Shown: piece after piece, positions 1 through 10,729 of the stretch | Numbering within the stretch: the stretch's first letter is position 1 | How the letters are laid out: every line of letters begins with the position of its first letter | Assembly: GCF_000143415.4 (NCBI RefSeq) | Contig: NW_003314264.1 | Coordinates: 1,014,437 to 1,050,629 of the forward strand | Direction: 5' to 3' | DNA from: Selaginella moellendorffii | Taxonomy: Eukaryota > Plantae > Lycopodiophyta | Length of the DNA: 36,193 nt | Notes under the pieces: generated by a model | The model's input: the letters and a program-made list of their open reading frames with translations, nothing else | What the model was told of the DNA's origin: nothing | Database searches by the model: none | Made by a program: the position numbers and the translations under genes

Positions 1-334
1 TTTTAAATATAAATAATATTTTAGAAATAAAATTGTAAAAAATTTTAATCAATTATCATTATTTTTTTACCATTATAACATAAACCAACATGCAAAAAAA
101 TAGAAAGGAATCTTTCAGTTTTTGGCACTTGCTCTTGATTCTAGAATTTACAAAGTCCTTAAATCTCACATCTGCACCTCTACAATGGAGAAAAAATTTC
201 AAATTATTTCTGAAAACAAATTCTTAGTTTTTACTTACTTTTTTCACATTGAGCTTTGGCTCCAAACACTTGCGCATTGCTAACCCATCCGAACATTCTA
301 TGTATTCTGATCTTGTTCTAGTTTCCTCATGTCT
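1..334 (-). pseudogene. Inverted, decayed copy of the last ~40 codons and 3' flank of the NTPase-nuclease gene
   Basis: Reverse complement aligns to 5930-6289 and continues at 10232-10256 (e.g. gcaatgcgcaagtgtttggagccaaagctcaatgtgaaaaa is shared exactly). It has two ~8-bp deletions and lacks the Gypsy insertion at 6290. Confidence 0.9.
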
Positions 335-438
335 ACATCATAGAAGCTAATTTATTTAGATATATTAATATATCTAAAGGACTGAATTTTATTTTCTATT
401 AAGTTAATATAACTTTTATTTCATTTATATGTTTTAAT

Positions 439-629
439 CATATATATATACATCCATATACACACACATATACATACATACATACATATATACATAATAT
501 ATTTATTATATACAATATATTATATAAAAAATATATATACTGTATATAAAATATTGTATATAATAAGTATATATACTATATACTTATATATATAAGTATA
601 TATACAATATATAATATTATATATAATAA
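439..629. repeat. Degenerate (TA)n/(TACA)n microsatellite
   Basis: Read directly; it mirrors the pure (TA)n tract at 2562-2636. Confidence 0.85.
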
Positions 630-1232
630 GTATAATAGTATTAAGTAATTTTTAAAGATATTATTAATCATTAGCTTCATTGTTTTAAAAAACATTATAT
701 TGTAAGGTTTGTAAATATAAATATGTATATACATGTATTACCCTACCTAAGTAATACGTTAATCATAGTATTAAAGCATATAGACTGTCTGTTTAGGATT
801 GAATCTGGTCCATCCTTTCTTATATATAAATAGGGCCTAAATCCCAATTAATATACCTATTCCTATATCCCAAGCACTCACAATATCCATCAACAAAATT
901 ATAAATTATATAACCCCCTTTAATGACAAAAAGATTACACTACATTAACTAGATCATTACATTCCAAAATTTAAACTAGTTCTAAAATTGATAGAAAACT
1001 TAAAATCAAAGTTTTAAAAATTATAAATTCTAGCTTGTATGTTATAAAATATTTTAAGATACCATAACTCTGATATTTTTAAAATTAAGTAAAAGTTTCC
1101 AGTAAAGAAGATTAATTTGTAAAAATATTAAATATAGTGTTTTAAGATAGTTACTGTATAAACTCTATATATACTGTATTCTCATCTCTGTATACACTAT
1201 ATAGTCTATACATATTTAAAAAGTTATCACCA
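630..1232 (+). repeat. Left arm of a long imperfect inverted repeat (pairs with 2167-2554)
   Basis: tttaagatagttactgtataaactctatatatactgtattctcatctctgt (1141-1191) is the reverse complement of ~2211-2261. Similarity runs from gtataatagt (630) to aagttatcacca (1232). Confidence 0.9.
701..882 (+). mobile_element. Solo LTR (182 bp) with 4-bp TSD ATAT
   Basis: TGTAAG...CTCACA termini with ATAT at 697-700 and 883-886. The opposite IR arm shows the empty site. The 3' end resembles the LTRs at 6290 and 9508 (attaatat...gcactcaca). Confidence 0.85.
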
Positions 1233-1610
1233 AAAGCCAAGAAATATATTATATTTAGATTTAAATAACATAAAAATTCAAAATTTAAAGAAAGCAGAAA
1301 ATTCAAGTATAAAAAGCATATCCAACTATCTTGTATTGATAAACAGTGACGGGATTTCCAACCAGAGAAATGGCTATTTGTTCCTGATCTAAGCTGATCT
1401 AAGCTCTCATTATCAAAAACTATCCCCATGATTTGTAAGTGAAAATAAAGCCACTTGACTAAGTACCTGCTGGAAGCCCTCACAAGTATCATTTGGCTGG
1501 AAGTTGTGCTTTGCAACCTTTGAACAACAATATCGAAGCAGTCTCTCAATCCCCCATCCATAAGTTTAAGGAACCTAATTATGAGTGTTCATTTTTCTAA
1601 TTTATCTCAA

Positions 1611-1776
1611 GCTATGGATGCCTCTTCATCTAGAAAGCGTGGGCGAGAGCCGGATGAAAAGGGAGAGCAAGAGGAGAAAAAGCGACATAAAAGAGGTGAG
1701 ATTGCTCATGTGAACTTTCATCTAGACTCTAGCACTTGGGGAAATTGTAGACCTTGAATTCAAATTGTGGGAAGCC
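1611..1776 (+). pseudogene. Truncated copy of the 5' end of the NTPase-nuclease gene
   Basis: gctatggatgcctcttcatctagaaagcgtgggcgagagccggatgaa...tgtgggaagcc aligns to 3027-3185 with small indels. Confidence 0.9.
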
Positions 1777-1780
1777 AGCA

Positions 1781-1822
1781 CATTCTCATGAGCCTGCTGT
1801 AATATCCTGGATTCAGCTGCTT
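1781..1822 (-). pseudogene. Short fragment homologous to the 5' region of the P-class PPR pseudogene
   Basis: 38/42 identity to 21472-21513; all differences are transitions. Confidence 0.75.
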
Positions 1823-2166
1823 CGCTCACACAGCAGCGAGCATGGATCCAGCACCCGCTGTCATGGATTGCCCCTTGGGGCGGAGGACAAGAACAAGCTC
1901 CAAGTATGGCGTCTCACTCCACAATTCCACCGTGTAGCCATAGCCGCTACAGCCTGGTTCAATGGAGTTTGATTATTTTGTGTTTTCAGACATGATTTAT
2001 GTTCTTGGTAGACCTGGACTTGTGAAAACCGTTTTGATAGCATGCTAGTATCAGGGTAAGGTGGTGGTGGTGGCATTCCTGATATCCGAGTCAAGTGATT
2101 AGTGACCCGGTTGTAAGAGATCGATTGCCCAATGCAACAGTCCAGGACATTGCTGCTGTGAAGTCG

Positions 2167-2554
2167 TGGTGATAACTTTATAAATATGTATAGACTGTCT
2201 ATAGTATATAACAGAGATGAGAATACAGTATATATAGAGTTTATACAGTAACTATCTTAAAACACTATATTATTTGTTTTTACAAATTAATCTTCTTTAC
2301 TGGAAACTTTTATTTAAGTTTCAATAGCTAGAATATAATTTTTAAAATTTTGATTTTAAGTTTACTATCAATTTTAGAACTAATCTAAATTCTGGTGTGT
2401 AATGGATTTAGTTAATGTGGTGTAGTCTTTTTATCATTGAAAAATTAGTAGGAGATTATATAATCTATAGTTTTGTTGATGGATATGAATTGCTTTTAAA
2501 AAAATGAAGCTATTAATCTATAGTATCTTTAAAAATTAGTTAACACTATTATAC
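2167..2554 (-). repeat. Right arm of the long inverted repeat
   Basis: Reverse complement of 630-1232 without the solo LTR, with some indels. Confidence 0.9.

Positions 2555-2561
<7 letters not shown>

Positions 2562-2636
<75 letters not shown>
2562..2636. repeat. (TA)n microsatellite abutting the assembly gap 2638-2737
   Basis: Read directly. Confidence 0.95.
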
Positions 2637-2637
<1 letters not shown>

Positions 2638-3029
2638 NNNNNNNNNNNNNNNNNNNNNNNNNNNNNNNNNNNNNNNNNNNNNNNNNNNNNNNNNNNNNNN
2701 NNNNNNNNNNNNNNNNNNNNNNNNNNNNNNNNNNNNNTCTATGATACTTTGGACTTCCACAATGATAAAAATATGCAAAATTTTATTCTATCTATATAGC
2801 CACAACATTTATGTAATTGTTATTTAAAATAATTTCTTTCATTCATTATTTTAAGCTTCTATACATATTTTTATATACATATTTGGATAGAATTTTAACT
2901 CCCTGTAATCGGCGGCCTCTAGGCTATCACAGCATAATATTTATAAGTATAAGCTCAATAATCTGTTGATCCGACGGCTGTCTTTGGTTGAACGGTGACG
3001 ATTGTTTCAAAAAACCTAATGTTAGGGCT

Positions 3030-6000
3030 ATGGATGCCTCTTCATCTAGAAAGCGTGGGCGAGAGCCGGATGAAGAGCAGGAGGAGAAAAAGCGACTTAA
3101 AAGACGTGAGATTGCTAATGTGAAACGTCATCTGGACAGGGCAGTTGCGGATATTTCAGACCTTGAATACAGATTGTGGGAAGCCGGGGAGGATGCCGAA
3201 CTAAAGGAGCAGATAGCCTCAAAGAAAGTGCGGGCGAGTCAACTCCAGGAGGATATGTCGAAACTGGAACGTGAGCTCTCTGAAATCCTCCAGCCGCCAC
3301 CTGAATACTGGAAAAGAGTGGAGGGTATTGCCGAATCAGCATTTGCGCAGGAGTACCAAAGAGTTGGGGGATTAGACAACGTGGAGTCGTTGCGTGAGAA
3401 GCTGGAAGAAACAGGAGACATGTGGAAGACGAAGAAAGCCATGATAGCACCTGTTGTCACGTTAGTTCAGTCGAGTGGCTGGGGAAAGTCGAGGACTACC
3501 TGCGAGCTTGCGAATTTAGGTGTGTTCGTCATCTACTGCTCATTCGCCTCATCTGGCACCGCGTACCCTCCAAGGTCTGCCTTTGCAGACTTCTTCTACA
3601 CAAACGCCGTCAAATTGCTCAGCTCGGGTTCTACGCTTTTGTCGCAGAGCAGGTTCATGCTCTTCTGCATTGACTACTTTGTGTCATGCATCGAGGCTCT
3701 TCTGCATCTGACTTCCGGGGAGGACCCCATGGATGCCAAGAAGTTCTTGAACGATCTCATGGTTGGGAAGAACTTTTGGGACGTGGTACAGGCGAAGATG
3801 GAGATGGGAAACGAAGCCCGGGAGGTGTTTGCTAATCGCATTGACATCGACCTGAAAGAGAAGCCTGGCGAGAAAACCAATATCTGGGGCATCTGGGAAA
3901 GTAAGGTGTTTAAGAAGTACAACACGCTTGAAGGTCTACTGTCGAATGTTCCAGCTCCTACCAAAGGAAAACTGAAGGTCCTGTTTGTCATGGACGAAGC
4001 CCAATGGTTTACTTCGCATGCTGATCCGACAACTGTTGCTGCATTTGTTCCTGCAAGGAGGGCTTCCAGGGTGTTGCCCGAAAATGGAAGTGTGTCGGTG
4101 ATGTTCACCGACACAAACGGGAGGCTAAACAATTTTGCGCCGCCCAATAATAAGGCATCCGGTTTAGGGTTTAGTAGCGATCGAGTGGCTGCGGCGGGAA
4201 TGTTAGTTGCACATCCAGCGTACTGCTTTTTCTTGGCAGACTTGCCATCGGACGAACAAACAGGTGGCCTTCTGCTTGCTCAAGTTGAAGATCTGGGTCG
4301 TCTTTGCGGCTATGGTCGGCCACTGTGGCAAGCATTGGTGAAGGCTTCCGCAAGTGCAGGTGACGTGCTGCTTTTGGCTGTAGATAAGCTCCTTGGTGGC
4401 ACTGGTTCGTTCAACAAGTGTTTGCTTCAAAGAGGAGGTCTATCACATGAGGCTTGTCTGGCTACACTGGGCTGCAGAGTATGCATCGACATCAATCCGC
4501 ATGCCACAATTATCACTGATATGGTTGCAAGTCACCTACTTAGCGTGATGTCCATTTCTGATGACCGGACTCTTGTTTGGGCGCATTGGGCTACGGAGCC
4601 ACTGGTTGCAGCGGCTGCAGCACAGGTTTTGCGTGCACAAGGGAAGGTTGGGACAGGGTGGAAGGAGTGCTTGGAGGCACTTGTAACTGGGATGAAGCGT
4701 GGATGGGTTGATCGAGGTTACAGGGGCGAGTTGGTTGCACGGGTGCTGCTACGTCTCTCAGTGGACAGTCTAGACAGAGATCCATGGAAGTGCTTTACTT
4801 TTGACGAGCTTTGCCGTGGCTTAAGTGGGAAGTCGCTGTCCGATCTTATTAGAGAAGATGAGCAGAATTCAGCATCTCCGACCCCCAAAGCTCCAGGTGG
4901 TGGAGAAGAAGCGCAGGTCGAAGTAACCATGCCACCACCTCCGGCCTCGGCTTTGAAGCGTAGCACAAGGAGAAGCTGGGTTAAAGTAAACAAAAAATTT
5001 CCGGGTCAGCCGCAGGTGGCTTCAGCGTCCCTGTCCAAAGCTCCAGGAGAAAAAGCGCAGGTCAAAGTAAAGACGCCGCCACCTGAGGTGAAGTTGCCAT
5101 CTCCAACGCTGATGGCCTCGAAAGCTCCAGGTGGAAGTACGCACAATGCTGAAGGTGAAGGGGAAACAAAACAAGCAGGTGGCTCTATAGATGGAAGTGG
5201 TAAAGAAGAAATCCACAGAAACATGGGTGAAGCCAAGTTTTTTTGCTTGCTATTCAGGAAAACCGACTTCCGACTGCAGGAGCTCACCGCAAAAGATTTG
5301 CTTGAATTTGGAAAGGCTGGCGTAGGAATCATTTGCCGTGAAAATGAATGGGGCATAGACATCGTCATCGTTGGGTTCTTTGGTGACACGTTTAGCCTGG
5401 AGACGATGACACTCATTTTGGTGCAGGTGAAACACACAGAGAAACATGATGTTGATTTAGCATGTGCTAAATGCTCTCCGGAGTTTTCTCAGATGTTCAG
5501 TAGCAGTGCAGGGCCTCAAGGTTGGACTGGGTTGAAGGTGCCATACGCCAGTCTGGTTTTGAATGTGGCCCATGTGCCTTCAAGCAGTGTTCGTTACAGA
5601 ACTAGGAAACTTGTCACAGAAGCATTGCTGAAGAAGACGCCTGCAAATCATTCTATGGCAATGGCTCTCCATGACACTCATCCGGAATGCAAAGGCCTTC
5701 AGGAATGGACAAAAGGCTATGATGGGGATAGATCACGCCCAGTATTCAAGTCATGGGAACGGTATTTTGCTTCAGATGATCGTCTCCAACACATTGTGGT
5801 CATTGAAGGTACGTTTGTGCTGTTTCATTTTTAATCACTTGATGTTATCTTTTGCATTCCAGGTTTGGATGCATTCTCATCCAAGGACAAAGTGAAAGAC
5901 CTGGTCGACATCTCTCTGGATTCTACTGCAGACATGAGGAAGCTAGAACAAGTTCAGAAGACATATGCACATAGAATGTTCGGATGGGTTAAGAACACGG

Positions 6001-6050
6001 CAATGCGCAAGTGTTTGGAGCCAAAGCTCAATGTGAAAAAGAGTAAGTAA
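3030..6050 (+). CDS. Crinkler/RHS (CR)-type P-loop NTPase + PD-(D/E)xK restriction-endonuclease-fold protein, ~988 aa; exons 3030-5808 and 5863-6050
   Basis: First ATG at 3030. Walker A QSSGWGKSR (~3468-3494) and Walker B LFVMDEA (~3981-4001). Family motifs GRPLW, TEPLVA and DRGYRGELVARVLL. Nuclease-like GIDIVI (~5352) and LVQVK (~5418-5432). A 54-bp GT..AG intron (5809-5862) joins in frame (IEG|LDAF) to the 5865-6050 ORF. N-terminal NLS-like RKRGR/KKRLKRR and a coiled coil. Confidence 0.8.
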
Positions 6051-6289
6051 AACTGAGAATTTTTTTGAGAATAATCTGAAATTTTTTCTCCATTGCAAAT
6101 GTGTAGATGGAAGTATCTTATTTGGTGAGATTTAAGGACTTTTTGTAGATAGAGCAAGTGCCAATATTTTAATTATTAAAACTGAAAGATTCTCTGCATG
6201 TTATATTATTGAGGTTTCTGATGGTTTATGTTATAATGGTAAAATAAATAATGATAATTGATAAAAAAAATTTACAATTTTATTTATAA

Positions 6290-9200
6290 TGTGAGGTCCA
6301 AGTGTATGGCTACGATGCCGTATACTTAAATATGCATAATGAGATTTTGGTAGCCGTTGGATTGGTTTCAATTCGGACCATTCCTTCCTATATATAAGTT
6401 AAGGTTTTTGGGCTAATTAATATGCACATTTTCTATATTCCCTTTCCATATTCCATGCACTCATATTAGTAGAGATGAGAGGCATCTTTAATTGTCTTTG
6501 AGGAGTGTTTAGATATGGGATTTTGGTTTAAATATAATTTTTGCATTGTCTAGATCTAGCTTTTTCCATTTTTTTTCTTTTGTTTTTTTTTTTCAGGATT
6601 TTAGTTTAGATCTAGCTTTTTGCATTGTATAAATCTCCCTTTCCTTCTAACTTTTTTTTTTCATTTCTCTTTTTTTTGCTCTTTTTTATGGCAGATCAAC
6701 AATCTCCTCCTCCTTTGACTTTGGAGTAGCAATTGGTACAATTGCTTAATCTTATGCAATTGTAATTAAACAACCAAACTTAGTTAATGGTAGCATTCAC
6801 AACACATGATACAATTCCTCCTACTCTTGGTAATCCTTATGTTTGGCTAGAACGAATTCTGGGGATAATATGTACCATTAGTTCAATCACTTCACAGTGA
6901 TTACCACATACCATTTTTGGGCTGATGCTCAATGTTTGCATGAGTTTCCTATGTATTTCCAAGGGATGGCATTGTAGTGGTATAAATGGTTTGTGTAGCC
7001 ACTCGTGGGGATTGGAGTGTTCTCCCAAACATTTTCAAATGCACATTTGGACATGCCGACAATTGTGATAATGCCTTCCAACAATTGTATTGCCTTCATC
7101 AAGAGCCATTTGAGTCAGTGATGCAATTTAACATTTGTTTCCGAAACCTTTTGCTTTGTGTGGAGCCAAATATATCGAAGCGGATCAAGTTAGAAATATT
7201 GTGGCCAACACTTCATCAAGATCTTGTCAAACTTGTGCATGCACTTGCTCTAGCCATCCTTGACAATGCTCTTCTTTTGACACAACGTTATGAGACGTCG
7301 TCTCTTTCACTTTTCGCTATACATCCTTTAGCTCCACTTCTTATAGGTGATGGTCCTGTTCCAATGGAGGTTGATACTGTTGCTGCTTGAGTCCAAAGAC
7401 AAGGGTGAGGCCGTGGTCGTGGCCATGATGTTCATTATTGGGCGTGTGATGAAGTTGGTCACACTTATCAGTGTTGTTAGCATTTTCCAGATTGGTGGCC
7501 ACCATTTCCTGGGTGGAGAGCTTGGTGTCAACAATGTCCTGTTGGTGTTGTTGTAGTGGAAGGTTTGGACACCGAGATGCATCTGGGAAACAAGGAGTCA
7601 TGCTAGTAACGGAAGGACCTTGTGTGAATAAGTTATTGACCCCTCTATCTTTCTTTCGGGAGTATGGTTCACTCGACACTAGTTCATCTAGTGTTTACTT
7701 TCCAAGCTCATTTTTATAATAAGCAGTCTCCTATTATTCTCTCTATGTCGGTTGATACAGGTTCGAGTTCCTAGTATGGATTAGTTGTAGCGCAATTATG
7801 CCAAGTGTGACTTTGAGGCTTCTCCTTCTTATACTTCTTTATATTTCATCCATTCCTCTCACTTCTATACCTCTTCGTCCCTCTACTTCTACTTCTGCTT
7901 CCATTACTTTTGTCCCCCCACTACTTCCTTCTATATTTCCATTTTGTTCTATTCTTCCCTTTTCTGATCCCTTTGACAATCTTTGTATTGTAGCGATTGA
8001 CTGACTCATGAAAGAGTATGCCGATTTCTTTGAATTTGACCTATTATCTAGGGCTAAGATTGCCACTTGTCATCCGATTGAGCAGTGGATTTGAAGGCTT
8101 TAAGATGGGTTTGAGAATCCTACATCATTTACTGATGACTTACCATTCTGGCATTTACATTTTCAATATCACTTTGAAAACAACCTTTTTTATTTTGTGG
8201 GGACAAATTTTGATGATCCTTTACGGCTAGTGGTGTTTTTTGTCTTTATTCCATGGTTTCTCCATACCTATTATGATTCTCCTATTCTAGGCGAGCATAT
8301 GGGAGAGGTTTTAAATGCTAGAAAATTTAGGGCACTCTATCTTAGGGTTCTTGACAGGGGAAGAAATGCATGCTTGCCCTAACATCCGTTGGATTGAGAA
8401 AGACATTGTTGTGTGACCGAGAAGCTGTACTAGTCTTTCTATTGGCTGGAGATGTGACGTGATATTATCTGGTATGTGCATAACTGTGTTTAGTGCCAAA
8501 CTCGTAATACTCCCCCTCATGCTGCAAAAGGATGGTTGGAGTCAATTGCAGTTTCCCATCTGTTTGAGTTGGACCAACTGCTGGCAATGAATATGTTATT
8601 ATTGCTTCTGACTATTTGATTTGTTAGGTGGAAGTTTGTGCTCTTGCTAGTGCCTCTACAACTGGTATTAGATACTTCCTCCTCAATCGAGTGGTGTTTC
8701 AACATTTTTGTGCAGATCAGATTCTTTCGGATAATGGTCCCGCATTTATGGCTAAGGTATTTCATGTTTTGACATCTCGGTTGGGGATATGCCACACTTT
8801 CATGAGTGCTTATCATCCATAGTCAGAAGGTTTGGTGGAACGGCTCATTCAGACATTCAAAGGAATGATCGCGAAGTACGTGAACTTTCAACATTTGGAT
8901 TGGGATGGTTATTTGCCATCTCTTCAATATGCATATATCACAAGGGTGCAGAGTTTTATTGATGCTTCACCATATAAACTTCTATATGGTTATGATTCAA
9001 TATTACCAATAGAGTTGGGTTTACCTTTGCGATTGCCATGAGCTGCCAATGCTAAGTCATGGGATCAGTATTTGACGAGCATTCTTCCACTTGTCCAAAT
9101 GGACGATGATGGGAGTTATAGCACTGTTGTTGTCCCACTTGTATGTGGCCTAAGTATTCAACAAACTCTACTTGCAAAGTACAAAGTGGATGACTTGGTG

Positions 9201-10231
9201 TAAGTCCATTTTCCTCATCTTATGGTACATAGTTTATCTAAAGGGCTCTTTGCTCAATGGAAAGGACTGTCCATATCAAGTGTTGTGGAAAATTGGACCG
9301 CAAGTTTATGAGGTTTGGCATGATGTCCATCAGGCTGATCCTCCAGAAATTGTGCATGTACAGCAGTTGAAACGTTTCATACAAAGGGATTAGGAACAAC
9401 TGATACCACTTATAGATCCGCCAGTGCCTCCTCCTGATGTTCCTCTAGATCCCGGCCCATCTACAAGAGAATGGATGGTCTTCCATTATTCCAAAAGGAG
9501 GGGATGATGTGAGCTCCAAGTGTATAACTACAATGTTGTATACTAATATTAGTGTAGTGGAGTGGCTCAATTCTTTAAGAATACTTCACATAAATGTTAC
9601 TTAGTCCTGACTAACACCCTCCAAATTGAGAATGTAAAGGAGAGCTCATCAGGATTAGTGCCACCGTTGGCACCCCCTACCTGCGATCACCACCTTTGCC
9701 ATTGCCATCACTATCACCGAGGCATGGACAAGTGCTTGAAGGGAAGATTGCCACTAGTGCTCGAGAGGAATGATGATGCTGCCAGGACGAGCATGGTGAA
9801 GGACACTGCTACTGCAATGGATCCCCATGGAAAGAATTTCATAGGCGTGGAGAGCTACGGGATCAATCGATTGATGGAGTGGGCTTGCTAGAGAGAAATA
9901 TTTTGCTAGTTCAAGTGTCATATGATATGGACAACGTACTTTTACTTGCATGGCTGCCACATGGCAAAGCCATAAACCCTAATGGTGCTATGAGTGCGGG
10001 TGCATCACGTGGCAGTGGGATTCTCCCTTGTTCATCTCGATTCGAGGCTGTTCTTCCAGAGATCGATTGCCAGGTTTGGATTTAGCTGCATTGCCACTGT
10101 GACTGTGGGATTTTGGTAGCCGTCGGATTGGTTTCAATCCGGACCACTCGCTCTTGTATATGAGCTAGGGTTTTTGGGCTAATTAATATGCACATTTTCT
10201 ATATTTCCTTTCTATATTCCATGCACTCACA
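6290..10231 (+). mobile_element. Decayed Ty3/Gypsy LTR retrotransposon (RT apparently deleted), 4-bp TSD ATAA
   Basis: 5' LTR 6290-6465 and 3' LTR 9508-10231 (TGTGAG...CTCACA). TSD ATAA at 6286-6289 and 10232-10235. PPT aaaaggagggga ~9493-9504. Remnants of gag (GPVPMEVD), a zinc knuckle (ACDEVGHTYQC), protease (VDTGS ~7751) and integrase (ILSDNGPAF, AYHP*SEGLVER). Confidence 0.88.
6467..6486 (+). promoter_or_regulatory. Degenerate primer-binding site, possibly tRNA-Ala
   Basis: TAGTAGAGATGAGAGGCATC directly follows the 5' LTR. It matches TGGTGGAGATGCGGGGTATC (complement of a plant tRNA-Ala 3' end, recalled from memory) at 15/20, mostly G>A changes. Confidence 0.45.
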
Positions 10232-10643
10232 ATAAAATATTAATTATATTTTAAAATATGCATCAAAATTTTTAGGTAAAACTTTGGTTGAAAGTATAGA
10301 ATATCATTTCAACACTTAGATGTAAAATAGAAAAGGTAACATATTCATAATTTTAAAGAAAATTGGGTTTAAGAGTTAACTTTTGACATTGCTAGTAATG
10401 AAAGTTATAAAGGAAAGGATATTGAAGTTGATAGTAATACAAATAACTGTTATATAGATGAGTGATGAGCGATGTAGTGATGTAGTTGCCACTAAAGTAT
10501 CTTCAAGTTTATCATTACATCCAATTAGAGTTTTTATTAGTAATATATTATGGATTTAATTTATATAATATTGTATTTTAACTATGACACTACCAAAATA
10601 TAATTATTAAACAATAAAAAAAACTTTAGTGACTATTATACAC

Positions 10644-10729
10644 GAAGGATCAAACACATAAATCAAGGACAGAGGATCAAACCACCACCACCACCATCAA
10701 CAAGGATGAAGGATCAAACACGTAAATCA
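10644..10729 (+). repeat. 22-bp direct repeat (gaaggatcaaacacRtaaatca x2) around a (CCA)n tract
   Basis: Copies at 10644-10665 and 10708-10729 with one mismatch. Confidence 0.8.

Noticed and set aside
337-2747. Extension of the fold-back arms to 337/2745 with a 2-bp AC TSD
   Set aside because: It rests on an 8-bp match beyond an N gap, and those bases may instead belong to the inverted gene fragment.
2960-3000. MSA-like (AACGG/GACGG) promoter motifs upstream of the NTPase-nuclease gene
   Set aside because: Short motifs that are common by chance; a similar one occurs in the neighbouring LTRs.
2988-3029. ORF-track start at 2988
   Set aside because: It is a TTG. The first ATG is 3030, and the duplicated 5' fragment begins at the equivalent ATG.
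3115-5447. Multiple antisense and off-frame ORFs within the large gene
   Set aside because: No motifs; expected shadows of a long coding sequence.
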